Counted from the stretch's first letter, positions 16,375-28,314 are shown. The stretch: DNA of 64,000 bases from Alphaproteobacteria bacterium (GCA_016794125.1 JAEUKT010000002.1:335240-399239), one strand, 5' to 3'. A program made the numbers and translations. The notes: generated by a model from the sequence alone, not told the origin.

Positions 16375-17851
16375 TGCCGACGGGGTGACGGTCAGCAACC
16401 GCGCCCGCGCCGCAGAACTGGACATCACGGGGCTTACCGCCGATAGCCGCGAAGTGCGCGCAGGATACCTGTTCGCCGCTTTCCCCGGCAACAAGGTGGA
16501 TGGACGCGATTTCATTCAGGATGCCATCGCGCGCGGCGCGACCGCCATCCTTGCGCCCGAAGGCCTGTCTGCCGTCGGCCTGTCCGCCGTGGTCGTGACC
16601 GACACCAACCCCCGCCAGCGTTTCGCGCATATGGCGGCATCGTATTTCGGGCGGCAGGTGGAAAACGTGGTCGCGGTGACCGGCACCAACGGCAAAAGCT
16701 CGACCGTTAATTTCTGCCGCCAGATCTGGCAGTCGATGGACCATGCCGCCGCGTCGCTCGGCACCATCGGCATCATCGCAAATATCGGGAATAGCGGGGG
16801 CATCAACCGCGCGGGGTCGCTGACGACCCCCGATCCTGTGACGCTGCATTCCGAAATCGCGGAGCTGGAGGCGGCGGGCGTCACGCATCTGGCCATCGAA
16901 GCATCAAGCCAGGGCATGGACCAATACCGCCTTGACGGCCTCAAAATCTCTGCCGCCGGTTTCACGAACCTGACGCGCGACCATCTGGATTACCACGGCA
17001 CGATGGAGAAATATTTCGATTCCAAGGCGCGGCTGTTCAGCGAAATGATCGCATCCGACGGCATCGCCGTCATCAATGCAGACAGCGATTATGCGGGCAA
17101 GGTGCGCGCCATTTGCGAAAAGCGCGGGCTTCGCGTGATCGATTTCGGGCATGCGGCGACAGACATCAAGCTGGTGCGCCGCAAGCCGCTGCCGGGCGGG
17201 CAGTTCATGGAATTGCAGCTGTTCGGCGAGCGGTACGAGCTGGAACTGCCGCTGGTCGGCGATTTTCAGGCGGCGAACGCGCTGTGCGCGCTGGGGCTTG
17301 TGATTGCGGAAGACCCCGATGACCGCGGCATGCAGATGCGTGCGGTTTACGCGCTGGAAAAACTGCAAAGCGTGCGCGGGCGGCTGGAATACGCGGCCAA
17401 GCACCCGAATGGTGCTGCCATTTACGTCGATTACGCGCATACGCCCGACGGGCTTGAAACCATGCTGCACGCTTTGCGCCCGCATACGCAGAACAAATTG
17501 CATGTGGTATTCGGTTGCGGCGGCGACCGCGATAAAGGTAAAAGACCGATGATGGGCGAAATCGCCATGCGGCTGGCCGACCGCGTGATCGTGACGGATG
17601 ACAACCCGCGCACCGAAGACGCGGCTGCCGTGCGCGCCGACATCATGAAGGGCTGCCCCGATAAATTGAAGGTTACCGAAATGGCCGGACGCCGCGACGC
17701 CATCCGCGCGGCGGTCGCGAAACTAAGCCCCGGCGATGTGCTGGTGATTGCGGGCAAGGGACATGAACAGGGCCAGATCGTGGGCAAGGAGATTTTGCCG
17801 TTCGACGATGTGACCGAAGCGAAGAATGCCGTATTGGAAGTGACGAAATGA
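16349..17851 (+). CDS. murE: UDP-N-acetylmuramoyl-L-alanyl-D-glutamate--2,6-diaminopimelate ligase
   Basis: GTNGKSST P-loop, DYAHTPD, and TDDNPRTED (the DNPR motif for meso-DAP). GTG start at 16349 chosen; the longer ORF from 16208 overlaps ftsI. Confidence 0.93.
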   Translation: MRLLELIGDADGVTVSNRARAAELDITGLTADSREVRAGYLFAAFPGNKVDGRDFIQDAIARGATAILAPEGLSAVGLSAVVVTDTNPRQRFAHMAASYFGRQVENVVAVTGTNGKSSTVNFCRQIWQSMDHAAASLGTIGIIANIGNSGGINRAGSLTTPDPVTLHSEIAELEAAGVTHLAIEASSQGMDQYRLDGLKISAAGFTNLTRDHLDYHGTMEKYFDSKARLFSEMIASDGIAVINADSDYAGKVRAICEKRGLRVIDFGHAATDIKLVRRKPLPGGQFMELQLFGERYELELPLVGDFQAANALCALGLVIAEDPDDRGMQMRAVYALEKLQSVRGRLEYAAKHPNGAAIYVDYAHTPDGLETMLHALRPHTQNKLHVVFGCGGDRDKGKRPMMGEIAMRLADRVIVTDDNPRTEDAAAVRADIMKGCPDKLKVTEMAGRRDAIRAAVAKLSPGDVLVIAGKGHEQGQIVGKEILPFDDVTEAKNAVLEVTK

Positions 17852-19287
17852 CAGATAAACCGGTTTTGTGGACATCGACAGACGCCGCCGCCGCTGTGAG
17901 CGGCACGGCAACAGCCGCCTTCGAGGCGACAGGCGTTTCCATCGATACCCGTACGCTGAAAAAGGGCGAGCTGTTCCTTGCGCTGAAGGGCGACGCGCTG
18001 GACGGGCATAATTACGTCGAAGCCGCGTTCAAGGCCGGCGCATGCGCCGCCGTCGTGGAGGAATCATTCCAGCCGAAAGATGCGTCATGGCCGCTGCTGC
18101 GCGTGGCCGACACCACCAAGGCGCTTGAAAACCTCGGCATCGCCGCGCGTGCGCGGTCGAAGGCCGTGATTGTCGGCGTGACCGGATCGGCGGGCAAGAC
18201 CGGCACGAAAGAGATTTTGTATGTGCTGTTCAGCGCGCTGGGCGAAACCCATGCGAGCAAGAAAAGCTTCAACAACCACTGGGGCGTGCCGCTGTCGCTG
18301 GCGAATTTGCCGCTGACCGCGCAATATGCCGTGTTCGAAATGGGCATGAACCATGCGGGCGAAATGACGATGCTGTCGTCATGGGTGAAACCGCAATTCA
18401 CGCTGATCACGACCATCGAACCCGCGCATATCGAGCATTTCAAGACGGTCGAGGCGATTGCCGATGCGAAGGCCGAAATTTTCACGGGCATGAATGACGA
18501 CGGCGTGGCCGTGCTGCCCGCCGATAATCCGCATTTCAAGCGGTTGAAAACGGCCGCCGAAAAACAGGGCTTGCGCAAGATTTACGGTTTCGGCGAAGAG
18601 GACGAGGACGCGCAGACACGCCTTGTCGATTGCGCGCTTCACGCCGATAGCAGCCGTGTGACCGCCGATATCCTGGGCGAGCGCGTGAAATACAAGCTGG
18701 GCATCCCCGGCAAGCATATCGTGATGAACTCGCTGGGCGCGATGACGATCATCAAGGCGGCGGGCGGCAATTTGCAAAAGGCCGCCGAAGCGCTGAAAAA
18801 CGCCGAAGCGACCGAAGGCCGCGGCAACCGCATTTCGCTGAACATCGCGGATGGACAAGCCCCGCTGACCATCATCGACGAAAGCTATAACGCCAACCCC
18901 GCATCGATGGCGGCGGCGTTCCGCGTGTTTGAAATGGCGGCACCCGCAGAAGGCGGACGGCGCATCGCGGTGCTGGGCGATATGCTGGAACTGGGCAAGG
19001 ACGGCCCGCGCCTGCATGCAGACCTTGCGAACCCGCTGCTGCGCGCAAAAGTGGATTTATTATATTGCTGCGGCCCGCAAATGGACGCGCTGTATCAGGC
19101 ACTGCCCGAACCGTGGCGCGGCGGGCATGCGAATGACAGCCGCGCGCTGGCGGCGCTGGTCGTGGCGGCCGTGAAGCCAGGCGATGTGCTGCTGGTCAAG
19201 GGATCAGCGGGCAGCAAAATGGGATATATCGTGCACGAATTGCAAGTCGCGCGCGACAAGACAAAGGAACAACGCAATGCTGTATAA
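17848..19287 (+). CDS. murF: UDP-N-acetylmuramoyl-tripeptide--D-alanyl-D-alanine ligase
   Basis: [11 protein letters not shown]-loop, DESYNANP. 4-nt overlap with murE. Confidence 0.95.
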   Translation: MTDKPVLWTSTDAAAAVSGTATAAFEATGVSIDTRTLKKGELFLALKGDALDGHNYVEAAFKAGACAAVVEESFQPKDASWPLLRVADTTKALENLGIAARARSKAVIVGVTGSAGKTGTKEILYVLFSALGETHASKKSFNNHWGVPLSLANLPLTAQYAVFEMGMNHAGEMTMLSSWVKPQFTLITTIEPAHIEHFKTVEAIADAKAEIFTGMNDDGVAVLPADNPHFKRLKTAAEKQGLRKIYGFGEEDEDAQTRLVDCALHADSSRVTADILGERVKYKLGIPGKHIVMNSLGAMTIIKAAGGNLQKAAEALKNAEATEGRGNRISLNIADGQAPLTIIDESYNANPASMAAAFRVFEMAAPAEGGRRIAVLGDMLELGKDGPRLHADLANPLLRAKVDLLYCCGPQMDALYQALPEPWRGGHANDSRALAALVVAAVKPGDVLLVKGSAGSKMGYIVHELQVARDKTKEQRNAV

Positions 19288-20359
19288 CCTGCTGTATCCG
19301 CTGGCGGCGGAATACCAGATTTTCAACCTGTTCAAATACATCACCTTCCGCGCGGGCGGCGCGATGATGACGGCGCTGCTGCTGTGCCTGCTGATCGGCC
19401 CGTCCTTTATCCGCTGGCTGAAATCGAAAAAGGCGGAACAGCCGATCCGCAGCGACGGGCCGGAAACGCACCAGAAGAAAAAAGGCACGCCGACAATGGG
19501 CGGCCTGATGATTATATTCGCCGTCACGTTATCGACGCTGCTGTGGGTCGACATCAAGAATCCCTATATGTGGGTGGTGCTGTGGGTGTTTATCGGCTTC
19601 GGCGTGATCGGGTTTTTTGACGATTACGCGAAGCTGACGAAGAAAGGCAGCAAGGGCGTGCCCGGCAAGCTGCGCTTGCTGCTGGAGGGCGCGATTGCAT
19701 TGGTCGCCGTGCTGGCGGTGATGAACCTGACGACGGGCGAGCTGGGCAGCAGCCTTGCCTTTCCGTTCCTGAAAAGCACGCTGCTGAACCTTGGCTGGTT
19801 CTTTATCCCCTTCGGCCTGTTTGTGATTGTGGGCGGCGCGAATGCGGTGAACCTGACCGACGGCCTCGACGGTTTGGCGATCGGCCCGATCATGATCACG
19901 GCGGCAAGCTTCGGGGTTATTTCCTATCTTGTCGGCAACGCCGTATTCGCCGAATACCTGCAGATCCATTACGTGCGCGATTCCGGTGAACTGGCCGTGT
20001 TCTGCGGCGCGCTGCTGGGCGCTGGGCTTGGATTCTTGTGGTATAACGCGCCGCCCGCGATGGTGTTCATGGGAGATACAGGATCATTGGCGATGGGCGG
20101 TGCCTTGGGCGCGATGGCGGTCGTGACCAAGCATGAAATCGTGCTGGGCATTATCGGCGGGCTGTTCGTCATTGAAACCCTATCCGTTATTATTCAGGTC
20201 GTGTCGTTCAAGACGCGCGGCAAGCGCGTGTTTAAAATGGCGCCCATCCACCACCATTTCGAAAAGCAGGGCTGGCCGGAGACGCAGGTGGTTATCCGTT
20301 TCTGGATCATCTCGATCATCTTCGCGATGATCGGCCTTGCGACGCTGAAGCTGAGGTAA
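19277..20359 (+). CDS. mraY: Phospho-N-acetylmuramoyl-pentapeptide transferase
   Basis: Polytopic membrane protein with [23 protein letters not shown] and PIHHHFE motifs. Confidence 0.97.
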   Translation: MLYNLLYPLAAEYQIFNLFKYITFRAGGAMMTALLLCLLIGPSFIRWLKSKKAEQPIRSDGPETHQKKKGTPTMGGLMIIFAVTLSTLLWVDIKNPYMWVVLWVFIGFGVIGFFDDYAKLTKKGSKGVPGKLRLLLEGAIALVAVLAVMNLTTGELGSSLAFPFLKSTLLNLGWFFIPFGLFVIVGGANAVNLTDGLDGLAIGPIMITAASFGVISYLVGNAVFAEYLQIHYVRDSGELAVFCGALLGAGLGFLWYNAPPAMVFMGDTGSLAMGGALGAMAVVTKHEIVLGIIGGLFVIETLSVIIQVVSFKTRGKRVFKMAPIHHHFEKQGWPETQVVIRFWIISIIFAMIGLATLKLR

Positions 20360-20360
20360 C

Positions 20361-21776
20361 ATGATCGACCTTGGCCCCCTCAAAGAAAAACTGAACGGCA
20401 AGCCCATCCTGATCGTGGGCCTGGGCAAATCCGGCATGCCGGTGTTTGACGCGTGCAAAGCCGCGGGTATCGACACCATTTTGTGGGACGACACCCAAGC
20501 ACAACGCGACGCAGCCGCCGCCAAGGGCGCGGTTGTGAAAGACCCCGCGAATATCGATTTCAACGCCATCGCGCTTGTCTGCCTGTCGCCCGGCATCCCG
20601 CTGACGCATCCGGCCCCGCATCCGGTCGTGGAAAAAGCGAAGGCGGCGGGCGTGGAGGTGACAGGCGATATCGAGCTGTTCGCGCGCGCCAAACCCAAGG
20701 CGAAAACGATCGGCATCACCGGCACCAACGGAAAATCGACCACCACCGCGCTGATCGGCCATATCCTGAAAGAAGCGGGCGTGCCAAGCGCCGTCGGCGG
20801 AAATATCGGCGAAGCGGTGCTGACGCTGCCCGAACTGCCGCAGGACGGCATTTACGTGCTGGAAATGTCGTCCTACCAGACCGACCTTGCCACCACCTTT
20901 GCGCCCAATATTTCGCTGCTGGTGAATATCAGCCCCGATCACCTTGACCGCCACGGCGACATGGCAGGATATATCGCCGCGAAGGAACGCATGTTCCGCG
21001 GGCCCGGCATCGCCATCGTCAGCATGGACGACGACGGCTGCACCGGCGTGTACGAACGCTTGAAGGCGAAGGCGCAGCGGCGCGTGATTGCGGTATCGGT
21101 CGTGCGCCCCCTCACGCACGGCGTGTTCGCGTCGAAGGAAGGCGTGCTGTTCGACGGCAAAAACAAGATCCTCGACCTCAATACCTGCAAAGCATTGCAG
21201 GGGCAGCATAACTGGCAGAACGCCGCGATGGCCTATGTGGCCTGCCGTGAATCGGGCGTTGCGCCCGACCTGATCGTGAAAGGCATGCAAAGCTTCCCGG
21301 GATTGGCGCACCGCCAGAACATCGTGCGCTTCATCGGCCCCGTTGCCTATATCAACGACAGCAAGGCCACCAACGACCAGGCGGCCGCGATGGCGCTGCG
21401 CACCTTTAATCCCATTTACTGGATCGCGGGCGGCAAGCCGAAAGAAGGCGGCTATGCGGATTGCAGCAAATATTTGTCGAATGTGCGCCATGCCTTCCTG
21501 ATCGGGCAGGCGGAAAATGAAATGGCCGAATGGCTGCAGGGCAGCGGCACGGCCTTCACCCGCTGCGGCACGATGGACAAGGCGGTCGCGGCCGCGCACC
21601 AGCTTGCGCAGGAAGAAACCAAGGACAAGGCCGTGGTGCTGCTGTCCCCCGCCTGCGCCAGCATGGACCAATTCAGGAATTTCGAACATCGCGGCGAGGT
21701 TTTCACCGAACTGGTGAAGGCGCTGAAGCCCCTGCCCGTCGAGCCCAAAAAATCCGCAACCGGAGGAAAAGCATGA
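20361..21776 (+). CDS. murD: UDP-N-acetylmuramoylalanine--D-glutamate ligase
   Basis: GTNGKSTTT P-loop, Mur ligase layout and position in the cluster. Confidence 0.95.
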   Translation: MIDLGPLKEKLNGKPILIVGLGKSGMPVFDACKAAGIDTILWDDTQAQRDAAAAKGAVVKDPANIDFNAIALVCLSPGIPLTHPAPHPVVEKAKAAGVEVTGDIELFARAKPKAKTIGITGTNGKSTTTALIGHILKEAGVPSAVGGNIGEAVLTLPELPQDGIYVLEMSSYQTDLATTFAPNISLLVNISPDHLDRHGDMAGYIAAKERMFRGPGIAIVSMDDDGCTGVYERLKAKAQRRVIAVSVVRPLTHGVFASKEGVLFDGKNKILDLNTCKALQGQHNWQNAAMAYVACRESGVAPDLIVKGMQSFPGLAHRQNIVRFIGPVAYINDSKATNDQAAAMALRTFNPIYWIAGGKPKEGGYADCSKYLSNVRHAFLIGQAENEMAEWLQGSGTAFTRCGTMDKAVAAAHQLAQEETKDKAVVLLSPACASMDQFRNFEHRGEVFTELVKALKPLPVEPKKSATGGKA

Positions 21777-22954
21777 TGCAGTCCCGCACCGCCGACAGCA
21801 GTTACCAGCGCACCGATAAATCGATTGTCGGGCGGTGGTGGTGGTCGGTCGATCGCTGGACGCTGTCGGCGCTTTTGCTGCTGGTCGTGATCGGAATTGT
21901 TCTGGTATCGGCGGCATCGCCGGCGGTGGCGGAGCGTATCCACCTGCAGCCGTTTTATTTCGTCTATCGCCATATCGCCTTCCTGATCCCCGCGCTGGCC
22001 ATCATGTTCGGCGTGTCGCTGCTGGGACGCAAGATGCTGTGGCGCACGGCGCTGGTTGTGCTGGGCGCGTCGATGTTTTTGATGCTGCTGACACTGTTCA
22101 TCGGCGTCGAGATCAAGGGCGCGACGCGCTGGATACATATGCTGGGCTTTTCGCTGCAGCCGTCGGAATTCGCCAAGCCCGCCTTTGCGGTCGTCTGCGC
22201 ATGGCTGATGGCGCGTCATCATACGCAGCCGGGTTTCCCGGGACAGGCGCTGGGCACAGGGGTTTATGCGATGGTGCTGGGCCTGCTGCTGTTGCAGCCC
22301 GATCTTGGCATGTCGCTGGTTTTATCGTCCATCTGGGCGGTGCAGATTTTCCTGGCGGGTTTGCCGATGCTGCTGGTGGTCGGCCTCGCGGTGCTGGGCG
22401 CGGTCGGCCTTTTCGGCGCATATATGTTCTTCCCGCATGTGGCGAGCCGCATCGACCGTTTCCTTGATCCGTCCAGCGGCGACAATTATCAGGTGCAGAA
22501 ATCGCTCGACGCGTTTTCAAACGGCGGGCTGTTCGGCACGGGGCCCGCGCATGGACAGGTAAAACTGAACCTGCCAGACGCCCATGCCGATTTCATCTTT
22601 GCCGTCTGCGGCGAAGAAATGGGGCTGATCGCCGCCATTATGCTGGTCTGCATTTTCGGCTTTATCCTGCTGCGGTCGGTCATCCGCGTGATGAACAGCG
22701 AGGATTTGTTTATCGTGCTGGCATCGGGCGGGCTGCTGACGCAATTCGCGCTGCAAAGCCTGATCCATATGGGTTCGTCGCTGCAGCTGCTGCCGGCCAA
22801 GGGCATGACGCTGCCGTTTATCAGCTATGGCGGGTCGTCGCTGCTGTCGCTGGGGCTTGCGATGGGGATGCTTTTGTCACTCACGCGAAAACGCACGCAA
22901 GGCTCGCCCGGCGCAAACTGGCGCGGCTTCACGCTGGGGGAAAGCAATGCCTGA
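21773..22954 (+). CDS. ftsW: Lipid II flippase / SEDS glycosyltransferase FtsW
   Basis: SEDS motifs PSEFAKP, LQPDLG, PDAHADFIF and LPFISYGGSS. Start ATG at 21773 overlaps the murD stop. Confidence 0.95.
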   Translation: MMQSRTADSSYQRTDKSIVGRWWWSVDRWTLSALLLLVVIGIVLVSAASPAVAERIHLQPFYFVYRHIAFLIPALAIMFGVSLLGRKMLWRTALVVLGASMFLMLLTLFIGVEIKGATRWIHMLGFSLQPSEFAKPAFAVVCAWLMARHHTQPGFPGQALGTGVYAMVLGLLLLQPDLGMSLVLSSIWAVQIFLAGLPMLLVVGLAVLGAVGLFGAYMFFPHVASRIDRFLDPSSGDNYQVQKSLDAFSNGGLFGTGPAHGQVKLNLPDAHADFIFAVCGEEMGLIAAIMLVCIFGFILLRSVIRVMNSEDLFIVLASGGLLTQFALQSLIHMGSSLQLLPAKGMTLPFISYGGSSLLSLGLAMGMLLSLTRKRTQGSPGANWRGFTLGESNA

Positions 22955-24038
22955 TCCCAAGACCATCGTTTTAGCGGCAGGCGGCACCGGCGGGCATTTG
23001 TTTCCGGCGGAAGCGCTGGCGCTTGAACTGGTCGGGCGCGGGCACAAGGTCGTGATTTTGACCGACAAGCGCGGCCATGCCTTCAAAAGCCTTGGCACGA
23101 CCGTCAATATCCATACCGTCAAGGCCGCGACGCTGAAGGCGGGCATCGTTTCCAAATTGATGGCGGTTGCCGATATGGGCATCGGCATCCTGCAATCCTT
23201 CCAGCTGCTGAAGAAATACAAGCCAGATGTGATCGTGGGCTTTGGCGGTTATCCTTCTTTCCCCGGCGTGTTTGCGGGGCAGCTTTTGAAAATCCCGACT
23301 ATCCTGCATGAACAGAATGCCGTGCTGGGCAAGGCGAATGTGTGGCTGGCCGACCGCGCGGTGCAGATCGCAACTTCGCTGCCCGACACCAAGGGCATCA
23401 AGCCCGCCAACCAGAACAAGATAAAAGTCACCGGCAACCCCGTGCGCGCATCGATCATCGCCGTGCGCGAGAGCGCGTATGAAAAGCCGGCGGCGGATTT
23501 GAAAATTTTCATCACCGGCGGCAGCCAGGCGGCGAAGGTTTTCGCCGATGTGATCCCCGATGCGGTGCAGAAACTGCCGCATGAGCTGCAAAAACGTCTG
23601 TTCGTCGTGCATCAGGTGCGCGAGGACGGAGTGGCGGAGACGGAACGCAAATACCGCATGGCGGGCATCCGGTCGGAAATCAAATCCTTCTTCGGCGATA
23701 TGCCGGAGCGGTTGAAGGCCTGCCACCTGTTCATCGGCCGCGCGGGCGCATCGACGGTCGCCGAAATCGCCACAGTCGGCCGCCCCGCGATTTTCGTGCC
23801 CTATCCCGGGCATGTGGATATGCAGCAGAAACACAATGCCGAGGTGATTTCTAACAAGGGCGGCGCATGGGTCATGTTGCAGGACAACTTTACGGCGGAA
23901 AGTTTGGCCACCAAGTTGCAGGAATTTATGCAAAATCCGCAAACCCTTGAAATTGCAGCGGCAGCGGCCAAATCTTGCGGCCAGCCGGATGCAGCCCGCA
24001 ATCTGGCCGATCTTGTGGAAAATCAAATTAACGGCTAA
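22947..24038 (+). CDS. murG: UDP-N-acetylglucosamine--N-acetylmuramyl-(pentapeptide) pyrophosphoryl-undecaprenol GlcNAc transferase
   Basis: AAGGTGGHLFPA motif and GT28 layout. Start ATG at 22947. Confidence 0.95.
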   Translation: MPDPKTIVLAAGGTGGHLFPAEALALELVGRGHKVVILTDKRGHAFKSLGTTVNIHTVKAATLKAGIVSKLMAVADMGIGILQSFQLLKKYKPDVIVGFGGYPSFPGVFAGQLLKIPTILHEQNAVLGKANVWLADRAVQIATSLPDTKGIKPANQNKIKVTGNPVRASIIAVRESAYEKPAADLKIFITGGSQAAKVFADVIPDAVQKLPHELQKRLFVVHQVREDGVAETERKYRMAGIRSEIKSFFGDMPERLKACHLFIGRAGASTVAEIATVGRPAIFVPYPGHVDMQQKHNAEVISNKGGAWVMLQDNFTAESLATKLQEFMQNPQTLEIAAAAAKSCGQPDAARNLADLVENQING

Positions 24039-24070
24039 AACATCGTTTCAATAAAAAAGGCAGCACAGAC

Positions 24071-25540
24071 ATGAACCTGAATTTCCCCTTCCCCATCGGC
24101 ACTGTGCATATCATCGGCATCGGCGGCATCGGCATGAGCGGCTATGCGGAAGTGCTGCACCATCTTGGCTATAAGGTGCAGGGGTCGGACATGTCGGAAA
24201 ACGCGAATGTGGTGCGCCTGCGTTCCATCGGCATCCAGGTCGCCATCGGCCATGCGGCGGAGAACATTATCAACGGCGACGGCCAGCCCTGCGGCGTGGT
24301 CGTGAAATCGACCGCCGTCAAGGATAGCAACCCCGAAATTATCGCGGCCAAGGAGCAAAATGTTCCTGTGATCCCGCGCGTCGCGCTGCTGGCCGAGCTG
24401 ATGAAATCGAAATGGTGCGTCAACGTATCCGGCACGCATGGCAAGACGACCACGACATCCATGATCGGCCATGTGCTGGAAAAATCGGGCATCGACCCGA
24501 CCGTTATCAACGGCGGCATCATCAATGCCTATGGGTCGAATACCCGCATGGGAAAATCGAACTGGATGGTGGTTGAATCGGACGAAAGTGACGGCACGTT
24601 CAACAAGCTGCCATCGGTCGCGTCGATCATCACCAATATCGATCCCGAGCATATGGATTACTACGGCGATTTCGAGGCGGTAAAGGAAGCCTATGTCGCC
24701 TATGCGCACAACCTGCCGTTCTATGGCATCGTGGTTGCATGCATCGACCATCCGGTGGTGGCGGAACTGATCCCGCAATTCCAGCGCCGCGTGATTTCAT
24801 ACGGTTTCAGCGACAAGGCGGATTTACAGGCGCATAACGTGCAGACCACGCCGGAAGGCCTGACATTCGACATCCGCGTGAACTGCAAGCTTTTGAAAAA
24901 CTTCCCGCGCGAGATCGTTGGCGTGAAGCTGCCGATGTTCGGCCCGCATAACGTGCTCAATTCTCTCACCACTTTCGCCATCGGCCACCATATCGGCATC
25001 GAACCTGCGCAGATCGTGGCGGCGCTGTCTAAATTCTCGGGCGTGAAGCGCCGCTTTACCACGACCGGCATCGTAAACGGCGTGACGGTGATCGACGATT
25101 ACGGCCATCACCCGGTCGAGATCAACGCCGTGCTGAAAGCGGGCCGCGATGCCATCGCCGGCAACGGCGGCGGCCGTTTGATCGCCGTGATGCAGCCGCA
25201 CCGCTACACGCGCCTGTCGTCGCTGTTCGGCGAATTCTGCGGCTGCTTTACGCTGGCCGACGAAGTCATCATCGCCGATGTCTATTCGGCGGGCGAGGAA
25301 GCGATTGCGGGCGTGAACAAGGACGCGCTTGTCAGCTGCATCCGCCGCAACGGCAAGGATAAAGTCCACGCGCTGGAAAACCCCGCCGCGCTCGCCCCGA
25401 TGATCGCGGATATCGTCAAGCCCGGCGATTTCGTCATCTGCCTTGGCGCGGGCACGATCACCAACTGGGCCTATGCGCTGCCGAAGGAACTGGAGCAGAT
25501 CTGGGGCCTCAACGCAAAAAAGGCTAACGGGACGAAATAA
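24071..25540 (+). CDS. murC: UDP-N-acetylmuramate--L-alanine ligase
   Basis: IGIGGIGMSG and GTHGKTTTTSM P-loops, DDYGHHP. Confidence 0.95.
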   Translation: MNLNFPFPIGTVHIIGIGGIGMSGYAEVLHHLGYKVQGSDMSENANVVRLRSIGIQVAIGHAAENIINGDGQPCGVVVKSTAVKDSNPEIIAAKEQNVPVIPRVALLAELMKSKWCVNVSGTHGKTTTTSMIGHVLEKSGIDPTVINGGIINAYGSNTRMGKSNWMVVESDESDGTFNKLPSVASIITNIDPEHMDYYGDFEAVKEAYVAYAHNLPFYGIVVACIDHPVVAELIPQFQRRVISYGFSDKADLQAHNVQTTPEGLTFDIRVNCKLLKNFPREIVGVKLPMFGPHNVLNSLTTFAIGHHIGIEPAQIVAALSKFSGVKRRFTTTGIVNGVTVIDDYGHHPVEINAVLKAGRDAIAGNGGGRLIAVMQPHRYTRLSSLFGEFCGCFTLADEVIIADVYSAGEEAIAGVNKDALVSCIRRNGKDKVHALENPAALAPMIADIVKPGDFVICLGAGTITNWAYALPKELEQIWGLNAKKANGTK

Positions 25541-25541
25541 C

Positions 25542-26534
25542 ATGTCCGCGACGATTTCGCCCCGCGACCCAGACGGATTCCGTTTTCCTCCCGGCCTCAT
25601 CGAGCGGCTGCCGGAAGTGGCGGGACGGCTGACGGAAAATGCGGCGCTGGGCCATATGACATGGTTCGGCGTGGGCGGCCCCGCCGAGGTGCTGTTCAAG
25701 CCGGAAGACCGCGAAGACCTGATCAATTTCATCACCCGTTGCCCCAAGGACATCGCGATCACCATGCTGGGCGTGGCATCGAACCTGATCATCCGCGACG
25801 GCGGCGTGCCGGGCGTGGTCATCCGCCTGGGCCGCGAATTCGCGGGCATCGAAGTCGATGGCACGAATGTAACAGCGGGGGCAGCGGCATTGGACATGAA
25901 CGTCGCGCTGACCGCAGCCAAGCATGAAATCGCCGGCCTTGAATTCCTGTCCGGCATCCCCGGCACCATCGGCGGCGCGCTGCGCATGAATGCGGGCGCC
26001 TATGGCGGGGAAACGAAAGACGCGCTGATATCGGCCGAGGTGCTGTTCCGCGACGGCACGGTCAAACAAATGACCCCTGCGGAAATGGGCTTGTCATACC
26101 GCCATAACGACCTGCCCAGGGATGTGATTTTTATCTCGTCGCTGCTGAAAGGCCGCGCGGGCGACAAGGCCGAGATCGAAGCCAGGATGGACGAGATCAA
26201 GAGCAAGCGCGCCGAAAGCCAGCCGATCCGCACGAAAACCGGCGGTTCGACCTTCGCCAATCCCGACGGCAAGCGCGCATGGCAGCTGGTCGACGAAGCG
26301 GGCTGCCGCGGGTTCAAGGTCGGCGGGGCGGAGATTTCCAACCTGCATTGCAATTTCATGATCAACACCGGCGGCGCAACCGCCGCCGATATCGAAAGAC
26401 TGGGCGAAGAAGTGCGCAAACGTGTTGCCGAAAAGTCGGGCGTCATGTTACGCTGGGAAATCAAGCGCATCGGCATTCCGCTTGAAAAAGACCACGACAT
26501 TCTAGAATTCATGAAGCGGGAAACATCCCAATAA
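25542..26534 (+). CDS. murB: UDP-N-acetylenolpyruvoylglucosamine reductase
   Basis: FAD-binding [22 protein letters not shown] and GGSTFANP. Start ATG at 25542. Confidence 0.95.
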   Translation: MSATISPRDPDGFRFPPGLIERLPEVAGRLTENAALGHMTWFGVGGPAEVLFKPEDREDLINFITRCPKDIAITMLGVASNLIIRDGGVPGVVIRLGREFAGIEVDGTNVTAGAAALDMNVALTAAKHEIAGLEFLSGIPGTIGGALRMNAGAYGGETKDALISAEVLFRDGTVKQMTPAEMGLSYRHNDLPRDVIFISSLLKGRAGDKAEIEARMDEIKSKRAESQPIRTKTGGSTFANPDGKRAWQLVDEAGCRGFKVGGAEISNLHCNFMINTGGATAADIERLGEEVRKRVAEKSGVMLRWEIKRIGIPLEKDHDILEFMKRETSQ

Positions 26535-27472
26535 TGGCCAAGACGGTTGCAGTATTGAAGGGCGGTTGGTCGTCGGAGCGCGAAGTCTCGCTGTCCTCCG
26601 GCGCCGAATGCGCCAAGGCGCTCCGTCAAAAAGGCTATGACGTCAAAGAGATAGATGTGAAGCGCGACCTGATGGACCTCGTCCGCCAGCTGTCCCCCGC
26701 GCCCGATGCGGTGTTCAACGCGCTGCACGGCACGTGGGGCGAAGACGGCTGCGTGCAGGGCGTGCTGGAAATCATGGGCATCCCTTACACCCATTCCGGG
26801 CCTCTGGCTTCCGCGCTTGCGATGAACAAGCAAAAAGCCAAGGAAGTGCTGAAGCCGCTGGGCGTACCCTGCCCCGAAGGCCAGTTGCTGCATATCGACG
26901 ATATCCGCAAAGGCAAAGTGCCGTTCAAGCAGCCCTATGTCGTCAAACCGAACAACGAAGGATCATCCGTCGGCGTATATATAGTGCGTCAGGGCGACAA
27001 CAAGCCGCCGCTCGGCCTCGACAAATGGGCATACGGGCCTTACGCGCTTGTCGAAAAATACATTCCCGGCCGCGAATTGTCGGTCGGCGTGATGGGAAAA
27101 CGCGGCGAGAAGCCGCGCGCTTTGACCGTTACGGAAATCAGCACGAATTTAGATTTCTACAATTACGAAGCGAAATACGCCGCGGGCGGATCGGTTCACA
27201 CCGTCCCTGCCGCTATTTCCCGCGATGTGTTCGACGAGGCGCTGCGCATCGCCGCCTTCGCGCATGAAAATTTAGGCTGCACGGGTGTCACGCGCAGCGA
27301 TTTCAGGTACAATGACAACGAGCCGGGTGTTTCGGGGCTTTATTACCTCGAGACAAATACGCAACCCGGCATGACGCCGACTTCGCTGGTTCCGGAGCAG
27401 GCGTTGCATATGGGGATGAGTTTTGGGGATCTTGTGGAGTGGCTCGTCGAAAACGCGGCGGTTCACACCTAG
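26534..27472 (+). CDS. ddl: D-alanine--D-alanine ligase
   Basis: [21 protein letters not shown] and ETNTQPGMT motifs. 1-nt TAATG overlap with murB. Confidence 0.95.
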   Translation: MAKTVAVLKGGWSSEREVSLSSGAECAKALRQKGYDVKEIDVKRDLMDLVRQLSPAPDAVFNALHGTWGEDGCVQGVLEIMGIPYTHSGPLASALAMNKQKAKEVLKPLGVPCPEGQLLHIDDIRKGKVPFKQPYVVKPNNEGSSVGVYIVRQGDNKPPLGLDKWAYGPYALVEKYIPGRELSVGVMGKRGEKPRALTVTEISTNLDFYNYEAKYAAGGSVHTVPAAISRDVFDEALRIAAFAHENLGCTGVTRSDFRYNDNEPGVSGLYYLETNTQPGMTPTSLVPEQALHMGMSFGDLVEWLVENAAVHT

Positions 27473-27492
27473 AGATCAAGACTTGGGGATAG

Positions 27493-28314
27493 ATGAAGCT
27501 GTTCAAGAAGCGCGAAGCACCGCTGTCGCGCCGGAGCATGCGACTTTGGCTGCTCCGATTCCGTAAAGTTGGGATCGTCATGATCGCTGTCGGCGTTATC
27601 GCCGGCGCGGGCGTTTCCTGCTGGAACAACGGCACTTTCGGCAAAGTCAAAGACTGGGCGCATGAAAAAACCCTGACCGCGACCGCGGGCATGGGTTTCA
27701 AGGTGAAGGACATCATCATCACGGGGCGCAACCGCGTGAGCGCGCCGGAACTGCTGGAAGCGCTTGGCATCAAGCAGGGTGATGCGATTTTCGATGCCGA
27801 TATCGCGGCAGCGCAGCTCGCCCTCTCTGAAATTTCATGGGTGAAGGATGTGTCGGTGACGCGCCGCCTGCCCGACGCGATCCATATCGAACTGACCGAA
27901 CGCCAGCCCGTCGCGCTGTGGCAGTACCAGAAGAAAATTTCCGTTATCGACGTGAACGGCCGTGCGCTGACCACGAAAAACCTTGAAAAATACCGCGACC
28001 TGCCGCTGGTGGTGGGCGAAAACGCGCCGCTGCATGTGGGGCCGCTGCTGGATCTGCTGCGCGCCGAGCCTGTGATTGCGAACCAGCTGGCATCGGCCAG
28101 CCGCATCGGCGGCCGCCGCTGGGATTTGCGCCTGAAAAACGGCGTCACCGTGAAACTGCCCGAAAAAGACACCGAACTCGCGCTGCGCAAGCTGGCGGCG
28201 GGGGCGGAAACGGACGGGCTGTTCGACAAGAATATACTCGGCATCGACCTGCGCATTCCCGACCAGATGGTCGTGGATGCCGTAGCAACGGCACCAGTAA
28301 AAAAAACGATATAA
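27493..28314 (+). CDS. ftsQ: Cell division protein FtsQ
   Basis: N-terminal TM helix, then a POTRA-like VKDIIITGRNRVSAPELLEAL segment. Position between ddl and ftsA. Confidence 0.9.
   Translation: MKLFKKREAPLSRRSMRLWLLRFRKVGIVMIAVGVIAGAGVSCWNNGTFGKVKDWAHEKTLTATAGMGFKVKDIIITGRNRVSAPELLEALGIKQGDAIFDADIAAAQLALSEISWVKDVSVTRRLPDAIHIELTERQPVALWQYQKKISVIDVNGRALTTKNLEKYRDLPLVVGENAPLHVGPLLDLLRAEPVIANQLASASRIGGRRWDLRLKNGVTVKLPEKDTELALRKLAAGAETDGLFDKNILGIDLRIPDQMVVDAVATAPVKKTI

Noticed and set aside
20316-21917. 533-aa ORF on the minus strand, antisense to murD/ftsW
   Set aside because: Arg/Ala/Gly-rich translation with no motifs, lying fully opposite well-supported genes. This is a typical shadow ORF in high-GC DNA. 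The same applies to 22971..24026(-), 24824..25987(-), 29968..31236(-), 34610..35899(-), 36941..37729(-), 40506..41885(+), 42111..43073(+), 53816..54697(+) and similar ORFs.
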